Assembly: GCA_965203485.1 (NCBI GenBank)
Contig: OZ241892.1
Coordinates: forward strand, 2,464,001-2,528,000
Origin: Longimicrobiales bacterium
GTDB taxonomy: Bacteria > Gemmatimonadota > Gemmatimonadetes > Longimicrobiales > Gaopeijiaceae
DNA: 64,000 nt
Direction: 5' to 3'
Shown: positions 9,978 through 24,844 of the stretch, piece after piece
Layout: every line of letters starts with the position of its first letter
Numbering within the stretch: the stretch's first letter is position 1
Program-made: the position numbers and the translations under genes
The notes under the pieces: generated by a model
Told to the model about the DNA's origin: nothing
What the model saw: only the letters and a program-made list of their open reading frames with translations
Database searches by the model: none

Positions 9978-11204
9978 TTGAAGGCGGGTCCGTCGGCCCG
10001 AGCCCGCGGCTTCGCGCGCGGCTGGTTCAGGGGGAAGCGCCTTCACGCCGAGTGGGGTCGCGAGACGGGCGGCCCCGGCCCGAGCCTAGCCGGTCTCCGC
10101 GACGGCGGAGGCCAAGCGTCCTGCTGGCCGCCGAGCGTTCTCGGCGTGCGTGCCGAGACCCGGACAGTGGGCCTCGGAGGCCGCAAGCCGGTTCGCGTCC
10201 GCTGGTATCTGCCGGCGGGGCTCGCCGACGCCGGCCCGGCCTGGCTGCTCCTTCACGGCGTGGCCGTGCAAGGCCCGGATCACCCTGGTCTAGTGCGGTT
10301 CGCCGCGGCCCTGGCGTCCGCCGGATCGGTCGTGGCCATCCCGGAGATCGCCGCCTGGAGCCGACTCGAACTTGATCCCGCGCCGGCGGACGCGGTCGTG
10401 GAGAGAACGCTCATGCACGTCTGCAACGCCCCTGAATCGTCGCCCGGAGGCGCCGTGCTCGCGGGCTTCTCGTTCGGCGCACCCCAAGTCGCGCGCCTCG
10501 CCGTGCACTTGGCTGGCACGGGACACGTGCGGGGCGTCGTCGGCTTCGGCGGCTACTGCAACCTTGCCGACGCCCTTCGCTTCGGCTTGGCGGGGACCTA
10601 CGAATGGAGGGGTCGCCGCCGGCGGGCGCGCCCGGACCCGTACGGAAGATGGGTCGTCGGAGCCAACTATCTCCATCGCACGCCCGGATTCGAGAGCGCC
10701 GGCGAGGTCTCGCGAGCGCTGCGCACGCTGGCCGCCGCGGCCGGGGCGTACGGCGTCCTCGCGTGGGAGCCCTACTACGACGGTCTGAAGAACGAGCTGG
10801 CCGGGGCGTTGCCGCGCGGGGACCGCAAGCTGTTCCGCCGCTTCGCCCCGGCCGCGGGCCACGAACCCGACCTCGGCTGGGCCGACGAGGTCGCGCCGCG
10901 CATCGCCCGGGCCGCGCGGGCCGTCCATCCCCTTCTCGTTCTGCCCGACGACCTTGCTGCCGCCCGCCTGCCCAGCGTCAGCCTCGTCCACGGCCGCGAC
11001 GACCCGCTAATCCCCTTTACCGAGAGCCTCGCGCTGAAGCGGCGCCTGCACCGACTAGGCGCCGTTCGCGTCGACACGACCGTCACGCGGCTGTTCGGTC
11101 ACGCCCGCGAGTCCGGCAACATCGCCGCCCAGCCGGTGGAGGCGCTTCGGTTCTTTCGGATGTTGCGCCGACTGATGCGGACGCCGTCGCGCCGCCAAGC
11201 CTGA
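9978..11204 (+). CDS. Alpha/beta hydrolase
   Basis: LLLHG, GFSFG nucleophile elbow, HGRDDPLIP, C-terminal FGH; start uncertain. Confidence 0.7.
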   Translation: MKAGPSARARGFARGWFRGKRLHAEWGRETGGPGPSLAGLRDGGGQASCWPPSVLGVRAETRTVGLGGRKPVRVRWYLPAGLADAGPAWLLLHGVAVQGPDHPGLVRFAAALASAGSVVAIPEIAAWSRLELDPAPADAVVERTLMHVCNAPESSPGGAVLAGFSFGAPQVARLAVHLAGTGHVRGVVGFGGYCNLADALRFGLAGTYEWRGRRRRARPDPYGRWVVGANYLHRTPGFESAGEVSRALRTLAAAAGAYGVLAWEPYYDGLKNELAGALPRGDRKLFRRFAPAAGHEPDLGWADEVAPRIARAARAVHPLLVLPDDLAAARLPSVSLVHGRDDPLIPFTESLALKRRLHRLGAVRVDTTVTRLFGHARESGNIAAQPVEALRFFRMLRRLMRTPSRRQA

Positions 11205-11265
11205 TCCGGCGGCGGCGACCGCCCCACCGGCGGAGAGCACGGCCCGTCCCGGCGAGCGTCGCGCC

Positions 11266-16658
<5,393 letters not shown>

Positions 16659-16827
16659 GGGCCGAAACCTACGAGCCCGAGCGGCCCCGGGCGAGGCGGA
16701 TCGCAGGAAGCGGCGGCTTGGCGGCCGCGACACCGGATGCGTCTGGCGGACGCCAGGATCGATCCTCAAATTCGACCGGCCGGAAGACACGCAAGGGGAG
16801 CGATCGCAGAGGAGACGGGACCGACTC

Positions 16828-18588
16828 ATGGGCAAGACCAAAGCAAGGATGGTGCGCGGACAAGGACCGCGGACGCCGACGAGACGGGGCGCCGCGGCCC
16901 GGAGTCGCGATCGAGGCGCGACGCGAGGGCGTCGGAGCGCCCAGGGGAAGCGGCGGGGAGAGGCGCCGAGGGCCGCGCTTCCAGAGGGTGCGTTCGCCCG
17001 TCGCGCCGGTCCGCTCGGCACTTTGCCGCATGGCGCGAAGGCGCGGGCCGCGTTGCTCGGGGGCGCGTTCGCCCTGTCCGCCGCGGCGCCCGGCGCCGCC
17101 CAGACGTTCCCCACGGACGATCCGGTGATCCGCGCCATCTGGGCGGAGGGCATGACCAGCCGCAGCCAGGCGGAGGCGCTGGCGCAGGCGCTCGTGGACT
17201 CCATCGGTCCCCGGCTCATGGGCTCGCCGGCGTTCGCGCGGTCGGGCGACTGGCTGGCCGCCAACTACGAGCGCTGGGGGATCGACGTGGAGCGGCAGGA
17301 CTACGGCGCCTGGACCGGGTGGGACCGCGGCGTCACGCACGTCGATCTTCTGGCGCCGCGCGTCCGCACGCTGGAGGGCATGATCCTGGCCTGGAGTCCG
17401 GGGACGGGCGGAATTCCCGTCGAAGGAGACGTCGTGGCGTTGCCCGGGCTCGGCGGTGCGGCCGGCCTCGACACTTGGCTCCCGTCGGTGGCTGGCAAGT
17501 TCGTGGCGGTGTCGTTCGCGGAGCCCACCTGCCGCGAGGACCAGTCGTGGCAGGACCACGCGACCGAGGAGACGTTCCGGCGCATGACGCGGGCACGCGA
17601 CTCGGCCCGCTCGGCGCACCAGAACGCCTACGCCCAGTTCGCGCGCAGCGGCGGCTTCGCCCGTCTGGAGGAGGCCGACGCGCTCGGCGTCCTGACGGGC
17701 CGGTGGTCGCAGGGCTGGGGAGTGGACAAGATCTTCTCGTCGCCGACCGAGCGCATCCCGTCGGTGCACCTCTCGTGCGAGGACTACTCGCTGGTGCACC
17801 GGCTGGCGTCGAACGGGCAGGGGCCGAGAATTCGCTTGGCGGCCGAGGCGGAATTCCTGGGCGACGTGCCCGCCTTCAACGTGGTGGCGCGCATTCCGGG
17901 GACGGAGCTGCCGGACGAGTACGTGCTGCTGAGCGCCCACCTGGACTCGTGGGACGGCGCGTCGGGCGCCACCGACAACGGCACCGGCACGATCATGATG
18001 CACGAAGCCATGCGCATTCTGAAGACGGCCTATCCCAACCCTCGCCGGACGATTCTGGCCGGACACTGGGGAGGAGAAGAGCAAGGGCTCATCGGCTCGA
18101 CGGCCTTCGCCGCCGACAATCCGGGCGTCGTGGACGGCCTTCAGGCCGCGTTCAACCAGGACAACGGCACGTGGCGGATCGACTACATCCGAATGCAGGG
18201 CTTCCTGGGCGCGGGCAAGCACTTCGCGCGCTGGTTCGAGCAGATGCCGCCGGAGATCACCGGTCACATCGAACTCGACGTGCCGGGCGTGCCGGAGCGC
18301 GGCGGGTCCGACCACATGTCGTTCGTCTGCAAGCCCGCGCCTGGATTCCGCCTGCAGTCGAACTACCCCGACTACCGCCAGTACACGTGGCACACCAACC
18401 GGGACACGTTCGACAAGATCGTCTTCGACGACCTGCGCAACAACGCGACGCTAGCCGCCATGCTCGCCTATGGCGCTTCCGAAGACCCCGAGCGCGTGCG
18501 GGTCGTGCCGCGCGTCCTGCCCGCCGACGAGCGGACCGGACGTCCGGGAGCGTGGCCGCAGTGCCGTCCACCCCGCAGGAGCCGGTAG
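16828..18588 (+). CDS. M28 family peptidase (carboxypeptidase Q-like)
   Basis: SAHLDSWD, GATDNGTG, GEEQGLIGS, GGSDH, WHTNRDT; start uncertain. Confidence 0.85.
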   Translation: MGKTKARMVRGQGPRTPTRRGAAARSRDRGATRGRRSAQGKRRGEAPRAALPEGAFARRAGPLGTLPHGAKARAALLGGAFALSAAAPGAAQTFPTDDPVIRAIWAEGMTSRSQAEALAQALVDSIGPRLMGSPAFARSGDWLAANYERWGIDVERQDYGAWTGWDRGVTHVDLLAPRVRTLEGMILAWSPGTGGIPVEGDVVALPGLGGAAGLDTWLPSVAGKFVAVSFAEPTCREDQSWQDHATEETFRRMTRARDSARSAHQNAYAQFARSGGFARLEEADALGVLTGRWSQGWGVDKIFSSPTERIPSVHLSCEDYSLVHRLASNGQGPRIRLAAEAEFLGDVPAFNVVARIPGTELPDEYVLLSAHLDSWDGASGATDNGTGTIMMHEAMRILKTAYPNPRRTILAGHWGGEEQGLIGSTAFAADNPGVVDGLQAAFNQDNGTWRIDYIRMQGFLGAGKHFARWFEQMPPEITGHIELDVPGVPERGGSDHMSFVCKPAPGFRLQSNYPDYRQYTWHTNRDTFDKIVFDDLRNNATLAAMLAYGASEDPERVRVVPRVLPADERTGRPGAWPQCRPPRRSR

Positions 18589-18724
18589 CGGCCATGCCGC
18601 GCCGACGAGAAGCGCGGCGCAGCAACCAGCGTGGCGGCCGCCGCCGCCGAGAGCGCGAAGCTGGAGCCTGGAGCGGAACGATCGCGCGGTCGTGGCGACG
18701 AGCGGCGCCGACGGCCGCGCGCCC

Positions 18725-19249
18725 CTACGGAAGCCCTTGCGTCCGCAACGTCAAGCTTCCCGCCCCGTCCAGGGTCAGCAGGGCGACGTCGCCCACGGCG
18801 AGGTCGATCTCGCCGTCCCATGCGTAGCGCGCGACGACGCCGTCGCCGGGCTCCGCGTCCGCCGCCAGCACGGCCTCGAAGCGCACCGAAAGGGCCATGC
18901 GCCCCGGCTTGGCGGGCAAGTCGCGGAACACGTAGACGGGGCGGTCGCTCCGCACGCCCTTCGGAAACACGGTGTCGCGGACGACGGGGCGGCCGTCGAC
19001 AGCCACGTCCAACGCGAAGGGCGCCAGGGTTCGCGTGCATTCTTGTGGATTCCGCATGTGAACGGGCAGGGCCGCCAGCTCTTCGTCGGTGCGAGTCCGG
19101 CATGCCTCGACGGGCACGCCCGCAATTCGCCACGATAGGCGAATCAGGGCGCCGCCGCCGCCAAAGTCGGTCGGCACGCGGGAAAGCCAAGCGACGCCGC
19201 CGGTCATCGCAATGGCCAGAAGGGCGGCCGCGGCCCGGCGAACGATCAA
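18725..19249 (-). CDS. Membrane-anchored hypothetical protein coupled to the cytochrome b fusion
   Basis: TTGA overlap with upstream stop; N-terminal hydrophobic helix; two Cys (EAC...QEC). Confidence 0.6.
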   Translation of the reverse strand: MIVRRAAAALLAIAMTGGVAWLSRVPTDFGGGGALIRLSWRIAGVPVEACRTRTDEELAALPVHMRNPQECTRTLAPFALDVAVDGRPVVRDTVFPKGVRSDRPVYVFRDLPAKPGRMALSVRFEAVLAADAEPGDGVVARYAWDGEIDLAVGDVALLTLDGAGSLTLRTQGLP

Positions 19250-20889
19250 GGCGAAGTCTCCTGCGTCTCGCATTCCGCGCCCACGGCGAAGTCCCGTTCC
19301 GCGAGCGCCGCCTCCAGCGCCGACATCTGGGCCCGAAACCGCTCCACCTCGTCCCGCAGCACGCCGGCTTCGCCCGCGCCGGCGTAGACCACGTCGATCC
19401 GCCTGCGGTCCACGCGGTCCTGCAACTCGGCTTCGCGCCCATTGTGGATGCGCTCGTTGAACCACTTGACGCCCTCGCGGCTTCGGCAGTCCCTCGGAGG
19501 GCAGGCCGCCACGACTACGCCTCCAACGCCTGCCCGAACCAAGTACTCGATCACGGACGTGTGGAGGTTCCCCACGCACCCGACCGGAAAGACCTTCGCG
19601 AAGCCCGCCGGCCGGCGCTCCGGCGGTCCCTTCCCGCGGGCGGACGCCGCGCCGCCGATGCGGCCGGCCGCTCCGTGCATGCATCCCACCATCACCACGT
19701 CGCCCGGGCCGGGCCGCGCTTCGGCCAGGAACTCCTGCACTCGGCCCAGCTGGTCGCGCCCCGTGCGACCCGGCGGTCCCACGCCCATGGGCGCGCACGA
19801 TCCGGCGCAGACGCCGCAGCTCACGCACTTGGCCGGATCGACCCAGCCGACCAGGCCGTCCCGCCCGTCGTCCCGCTCGACCATGGCGACGGCCTCGTAG
19901 GGACAGTCCTGGAAGCACTGCTCGCAACCCGTGCAGTAGCGCGGGTTCACCCACGACGGGGGCGGCGCCTTCTCCGCGCGCGGCTTGGTCAACACCGGAA
20001 CCAGAAGAGCCGCGGCGACCATTGAACCGCCCGCGACCCAGATCCAGCCGGCCGCCGCCGCTCGGGCCGCGGGCAACCAGAAGCCGTAGACCCAGTCCAC
20101 CGGCGCCGCTGGGGGGAGCTTCAGCAGGTCGGCTTCGGGACCCAGCGGGGGCGGCCACGCCACGGCCGTCATCGCAAGGAGGCCGACCGTGCCCCACAAC
20201 AGCGGTTTGGGCGGAAGCAGCTGCGCCCGGGCCAGCCGCGACACGTGCACCCAGAGAAAGAGGGCGATCCCCACGGGCAGGGCGATATGGGCGAACAGGT
20301 TCATGAAGAAGAAGGCGTTCGGCACGGGAGCTTCGCCCGTGAACGCGCGGCCCAGCGGTTCGGAGAAGACGGGCAGCGCGTCCAGGAGACGGGCTCCTTC
20401 AACCGCGAGGACTTGGCCGTGAACGTCCCAAGCCATGACGTATCCGGTCCATCCGCACACGAAGAGAATGCCGAGGAGCATGCCCCCCGAGACCCAGGCC
20501 AGCGCCCGCGGGCCCCACGTGCGGCGCTGAACCAGCATCCGAAGGCCGTGGAGGACCGCCGCCAGGACCGCCAAGGCCGACGCGTAGCGGTGCAATCCGC
20601 GAATCCAGCGCCCGCCCCACCACTGGGAGTCGATGGCCGCCACCGACTCGTAGGGCGCGCCGACCCGGTAGAAGAGGAGGAGGTACACGCCCGTCGCTAG
20701 GAGGACGACGAAGCAGGCCACCACCAGCGCGCCGGAGTGGTAGAGCGGGTTGAAGCGCCACGTGTAGAGCGCGTTGAACGCCGCGTCGAGGCGGGACAGC
20801 GCTCGAACGCCCAAATTCCCTGCCGCCTGCAGACTCCCCGCGGGCCGCCTGCCGAGGCGCCCGCCTTGCGTCCCTTCGCGGTTGGTCAT
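19246..20889 (-). CDS. Cytochrome b(N) - 2x[4Fe-4S] ferredoxin - MvhD/FlpD-like fusion
   Basis: IRGLHRY..LHGLR, WTGYVMAWD (cyt b6-like); CTGCEQCFQDCP and CVSCGVCAGSC; MVGC, GCVG, ACPPRDCRSREG (MvhD-like). Confidence 0.85.
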   Translation of the reverse strand: MTNREGTQGGRLGRRPAGSLQAAGNLGVRALSRLDAAFNALYTWRFNPLYHSGALVVACFVVLLATGVYLLLFYRVGAPYESVAAIDSQWWGGRWIRGLHRYASALAVLAAVLHGLRMLVQRRTWGPRALAWVSGGMLLGILFVCGWTGYVMAWDVHGQVLAVEGARLLDALPVFSEPLGRAFTGEAPVPNAFFFMNLFAHIALPVGIALFLWVHVSRLARAQLLPPKPLLWGTVGLLAMTAVAWPPPLGPEADLLKLPPAAPVDWVYGFWLPAARAAAAGWIWVAGGSMVAAALLVPVLTKPRAEKAPPPSWVNPRYCTGCEQCFQDCPYEAVAMVERDDGRDGLVGWVDPAKCVSCGVCAGSCAPMGVGPPGRTGRDQLGRVQEFLAEARPGPGDVVMVGCMHGAAGRIGGAASARGKGPPERRPAGFAKVFPVGCVGNLHTSVIEYLVRAGVGGVVVAACPPRDCRSREGVKWFNERIHNGREAELQDRVDRRRIDVVYAGAGEAGVLRDEVERFRAQMSALEAALAERDFAVGAECETQETSP

Positions 20890-20903
20890 ATTATCATGAT
20901 AAT
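20890..20903. promoter_or_regulatory. Perfect 14-bp AT-rich palindrome, candidate Rrf2 operator
   Basis: ATTATCATGATAAT in the 38-bp gap between divergent starts. Confidence 0.6.
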
Positions 20904-20927
20904 CAGACGAAAATCGATGGCAACCCC

Positions 20928-21368
20928 ATGATCCTCTCGCAGACCGCAGTGTACGCCCTTCGAGCGATGCTTCACTTGGCCGAGCGCCCGAACGACCACC
21001 CGGTGCGCGTGGACGACATCGCGTCCGCGCTGGACGTTCCGCGCAACTACCTGTCCAAGATCCTTCACGTCCTGGCCCGGCGCGGCCTGCTCCGGTCCGC
21101 AAGGGGGCCCGGCGGCGGATTCAGCCTGGCCCGTTCGCCCGGCCGCACGACGCTGCTGGAAGTGGCCGGCCACTTCGACGACATGAACCGCGAGCGTTGC
21201 CTGCTGGGCCGCCCCGAGTGCAAGGACGACGACCCGTGCCCGGCGCACGGGCAATGGAAGGACGTCGCCGCCGCTCTGCATGCGTTCTTCCGCAAGACGA
21301 CCATCGCCGATCTAGCCCGCCGCGGGACGCCGACTCGCCCGCGCCACCAACCGGAGGCCGACTCGTGA
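20928..21368 (+). CDS. Rrf2 family transcriptional regulator with Fe-S Cys ligands
   Basis: YALRAM, YLSKILHVL, SARGPGGGF, C-x6-C-x5-C-P-A-H. Confidence 0.9.
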   Translation: MILSQTAVYALRAMLHLAERPNDHPVRVDDIASALDVPRNYLSKILHVLARRGLLRSARGPGGGFSLARSPGRTTLLEVAGHFDDMNRERCLLGRPECKDDDPCPAHGQWKDVAAALHAFFRKTTIADLARRGTPTRPRHQPEADS

Positions 21369-21544
21369 CCGACCAAGACCGCACCGCCCCAAGGGCGCCG
21401 GACCCCGCCGACGTTCCGTTCTTCCAGCGACTGTACGACCGGCCCTTTCTGCTGCTGGCGCTGGGCTTGGCCGTCATGCTGGTCCTGTTCACCGCTTGGG
21501 GGCTGTGGGAGGTGCTGACGCTCCCCCAGGCCACCTTGCCGTAA
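21365..21544 (+). CDS. Small single-TM subunit of the heme-copper enzyme operon
   Basis: GTGA overlap with rrf2; QRLYDRPFLLLALGLAVMLVLFTAWGLWE. Confidence 0.65.
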   Translation: MTDQDRTAPRAPDPADVPFFQRLYDRPFLLLALGLAVMLVLFTAWGLWEVLTLPQATLP

Positions 21545-21559
21545 CGAGAAGGACGCAGA

Positions 21560-22186
21560 ATGTACCAAACAGGCATCACTCCCCCGCAAGGCGTCTGGTG
21601 GAAGCCGGCGCACAAGTCCGAGAAGGCATGGGCCACCGTGGCCTTCGTGTGGTGCATGGTGCTCTTCGCCATGATGCCGGTCTGGCACCTTCGCGGAGGA
21701 CAGAATCCATCGGGAATTCGAGCCAAGGTGGAACCGGCCGCCTTCCAAACCAGGGTCCAGGAGTTCATCCGCGACTATCAGGTAGGCACCGACAGAGGCT
21801 TTCCGGTCGTGGCGCCGCCGCCGGGAAGCGACGTGTACATGATTGGCCAGATGTGGTCGTGGCTACCGGTGGTGCAGCTCGAGAAGGACGCCGAATACAC
21901 GTTGCACCTGTCGTCGCTGGACGTGAACCACGGCTTCAACCTGTATCCGTTCAACGTCAACTTCCAGGTGGTTCCGGGATACGACTACGGCCTTCGCATC
22001 GTGCCGACCGAAGCCGGCGAATACGGCGTCGTATGCAACGAATTCTGCGGAGTCGGCCATCACTTGATGGTGGGCAAGGTGATCGTCACGGACCCGGAGA
22101 GCGACGGCGACGCGGGCAGGCCCGGCGACGGAGGGACGAACGGGGCGTCCCAGTCGGCCGCCGAGGGGGAGGCGGGCGCGCGATGA
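21560..22186 (+). CDS. Heme-copper oxidoreductase subunit II (CuA)
   Basis: DVNHGF and CNEFCGVGHHLM CuA motif; one TM helix (B-family-like). Confidence 0.9.
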   Translation: MYQTGITPPQGVWWKPAHKSEKAWATVAFVWCMVLFAMMPVWHLRGGQNPSGIRAKVEPAAFQTRVQEFIRDYQVGTDRGFPVVAPPPGSDVYMIGQMWSWLPVVQLEKDAEYTLHLSSLDVNHGFNLYPFNVNFQVVPGYDYGLRIVPTEAGEYGVVCNEFCGVGHHLMVGKVIVTDPESDGDAGRPGDGGTNGASQSAAEGEAGAR

Positions 22187-23904
22187 GCAATCCGTTCCGC
22201 AAGTGCCCGACCACCGGGCTCCGCGTGCACAAGGACGCCGACGCCCTGATCAAGGCCAACGCAGTGGCCGCTACGGTCGCGTTGCTGATCGGCGGCGTCA
22301 CGGCGGTGCTGGTGCTGCTGACGCGGTGGCAGGCCGTTCATCTGCTGAGCGACGTGTGGTTCTACCGCATCCTCACCGTCCACGGGATGAACATGCTGAT
22401 CTTCTTCATCCTGTTCTTCGAGATGGCGGTCCTGTACTTCGCGTCGGCAACGCTGCTCAACTCCCGCGTGGCCGCCCCGAAGACCGGGTGGACCGCGTTC
22501 GCTCTGATGCTGGCGGGCGCCGCAATGGTGGAGTGGGCCATGTTCACGGGCAGGGCCGACGTCTTGTTCACTTCCTACGTGCCGTTGAAGGCGCACTGGA
22601 GCTTCTACCTGGGCGTCATCCTCTTCGCCGTGGGCGCGATCCTCGTGACGGCGATCTTCTTCGCGACGCTCGTGGTCGCCAAGCGGGAGAAGACGTATTC
22701 GGGGTCCGTGCCCCTGGTGACCTTCGGCGCCATGACCGCGGCGATCATCGCGGCCATCACGCTCCTCCACGGCGCGGCGATCTACATTCCCACCTTTCTC
22801 TGGTCCTTGGGCCTCATGGAGGTGGACCCGCAGGTGTACCGGCTGGTCTGGTGGGGGCTGGGCCACTCCTCGCAGCAGATCAACGTCGCCGCGATGGTGG
22901 CGATCTGGTACTTGCTGGGCGGACTTACCGTCGGCGCCGTGGTCGTGAACGAGAAGATCAGCCGCACCGCGTTCGTCTTGTACATCCTGTTCATTTCCAT
23001 GGCGTCGGCGCACCACCTGCTGGTGGATCCAGGATTCGGTCCGTCGTGGAAGATCGTGAACACGTCATACTTCATGTACATGGCTGTGCTGGCGTCCATG
23101 CTCCACGGCTTCACCGTGCCCGCCGGCATCGAGCTTGGAATGCGGCTCCGGGGCTTCACGCAAGGGGTGTTCGGCTGGCTTCGGCGCGCGCCCTGGCACG
23201 ACCCGGGCTTCTCGGCGCTGTGCCTTTCCGTGGTCGTGTTCGGATTCGTGGGCGGGATAACCGGCGTGACCTTCGGCACCGAGCAGATCAACATCATCGC
23301 GCACAACACCCTGCGAATCCCCGGCCACTTTCACGCTACCGTCGTCAGCGGCACCGCGATGGCCTTCATGGGCGTCACCTACTACGTGATTCCGCTGATC
23401 TTCCGAAAGAGGATCGCCTTCTACCGCCTAGCAAAGTGGCAACCATGGGTGTTCAGCGCCGGCATGCTCGTGTTCTCGATGGCGATGACCTTTGCCGGCA
23501 CCTTCGGAGTCCCGCGCAGACATTGGGACGTGACCTTCTCGGGGGCGCCCTTCGGCGTGGAATACTCCGCCGCCGTGGACTTGCTGTTCGCGGTCATGGC
23601 GGCCGGGGGCTTGGTCGCGGCGGTGGGCGGCGCCATGTACATCGTGGTGACCGTTTCGTCGGTCTTCTTCGGCAAGCCGCTGGGCGACGAAACGACTCGA
23701 TCGGCTCTTGCGGGCGCCGTGCCGCCGGGCCTCTACACGCGACCCTTCACGGAACTCCCCGCCGTGCAGAGCAAGCTCGAGGAACACGGCAAGCTGGGGA
23801 TGATGCCCGGCACAATGATCCTCGTCGGCGTGTTCATGCTCGCCTTCGTCGTCTACTACTTCGCCAACTGGAAGCTCCTCTCGGCGATGTGGCTGATCGG
23901 GTGA
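22183..23904 (+). CDS. Heme-copper superfamily subunit I, eNOR-type nitric oxide reductase candidate
   Basis: HGMNM, GHSSQQIN (no cross-link Tyr), SAHHLL, PGHFHATV; ATGA overlap with subunit II. Confidence 0.8.
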   Translation: MSNPFRKCPTTGLRVHKDADALIKANAVAATVALLIGGVTAVLVLLTRWQAVHLLSDVWFYRILTVHGMNMLIFFILFFEMAVLYFASATLLNSRVAAPKTGWTAFALMLAGAAMVEWAMFTGRADVLFTSYVPLKAHWSFYLGVILFAVGAILVTAIFFATLVVAKREKTYSGSVPLVTFGAMTAAIIAAITLLHGAAIYIPTFLWSLGLMEVDPQVYRLVWWGLGHSSQQINVAAMVAIWYLLGGLTVGAVVVNEKISRTAFVLYILFISMASAHHLLVDPGFGPSWKIVNTSYFMYMAVLASMLHGFTVPAGIELGMRLRGFTQGVFGWLRRAPWHDPGFSALCLSVVVFGFVGGITGVTFGTEQINIIAHNTLRIPGHFHATVVSGTAMAFMGVTYYVIPLIFRKRIAFYRLAKWQPWVFSAGMLVFSMAMTFAGTFGVPRRHWDVTFSGAPFGVEYSAAVDLLFAVMAAGGLVAAVGGAMYIVVTVSSVFFGKPLGDETTRSALAGAVPPGLYTRPFTELPAVQSKLEEHGKLGMMPGTMILVGVFMLAFVVYYFANWKLLSAMWLIG

Positions 23905-23920
23905 CCGCGGGACGGCGCCG

Positions 23921-24841
23921 ATGATCCTCCGCCCCCAGGACAAATGGCCCGCCGGGGCCGTCGCGTTCGTCCTGGCCGTGTCCGCCGCGTGGTGGGGATT
24001 CGCGTTGTTCGCGGTCCCCGGCGCGCCCGAGTGGCTGGACCGCGCCCGCGCCGTCTGCTTCAACATCACCGAGAGCGGACTGCCGGACGCGAAGGGCTGG
24101 CTGCTGCTGGTCGGCCAGCCGCCCGCAATGCTGCTGGCGCTGTACACGGGATGGAGCGGCGAAGTGCGCGACACCTGCCGCCACTTCGCCCGCTCGCCCG
24201 CCGGACGGCGTCTGATGGCGGGCGCGGGCGTGACGGTCGCGGCCTTCCTGGCCGTTGCCGCCGCGCGAGTGGCCAGCCTTCGCCTCCCGCCGCCCGCGCT
24301 GGCGGCGGGGCTCGCCGCAAGCGCCGACGAACCCCTGCCCGACACCTACCCGCGCCTCGACCGCCCGTGGCCGCGGACGGACGGCTTGGTGGACCAGCGC
24401 GGCGCCTCCTTCACGCTGGAGAGCCTCGGAGGGCGGCGGGCCTTCGTCACCTTCGCGTTCGGCCACTGCGCGACGATCTGCCCCGTGGTCGTGCGCAACT
24501 CGCTGGAGGCGCGGCGATCCGCCCGGGCCCGGCAAGCGGCCGGCGCCTCCATGGCGGTCGTGGTATTCACGCTGGACCCCTGGCGCGACACGCCCAGCCG
24601 GTTGCCGGCCCTCGCGGAGCGCTACGGACTGGACCCCGCACGCGACTTCCTCGTCGGAGGCGCCCCCGAAGCCGTGACGGCCGTCTTGGACGCCTTCGGC
24701 ATGGCCCACCAGCGCGACGCTCGCACTGGCGACGTCGCGCATCCGCCGCTGGTCTACCTAGTGGAGGACGACGGAACGTTGGCGTACGCGTCCTCCGGCA
24801 CGACGGCCCATCTCGTGCAGCTGTCGGCGAGGTTGCGGTAG
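23921..24841 (+). CDS. SCO family copper chaperone with extra N-terminal membrane domain
   Basis: CATICP, FTLDPWRDTP, VAHPP. Confidence 0.85.
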   Translation: MILRPQDKWPAGAVAFVLAVSAAWWGFALFAVPGAPEWLDRARAVCFNITESGLPDAKGWLLLVGQPPAMLLALYTGWSGEVRDTCRHFARSPAGRRLMAGAGVTVAAFLAVAAARVASLRLPPPALAAGLAASADEPLPDTYPRLDRPWPRTDGLVDQRGASFTLESLGGRRAFVTFAFGHCATICPVVVRNSLEARRSARARQAAGASMAVVVFTLDPWRDTPSRLPALAERYGLDPARDFLVGGAPEAVTAVLDAFGMAHQRDARTGDVAHPPLVYLVEDDGTLAYASSGTTAHLVQLSARLR

Positions 24842-24844
24842 GCC

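Noticed and set aside
22183..23904. Calling subunit I a ba3/aa3 oxygen reductase (cbaA/ctaD)
   Set aside because: The helix VI active-site Tyr is replaced by Gln (HSSQQ), so no gene symbol was assigned.
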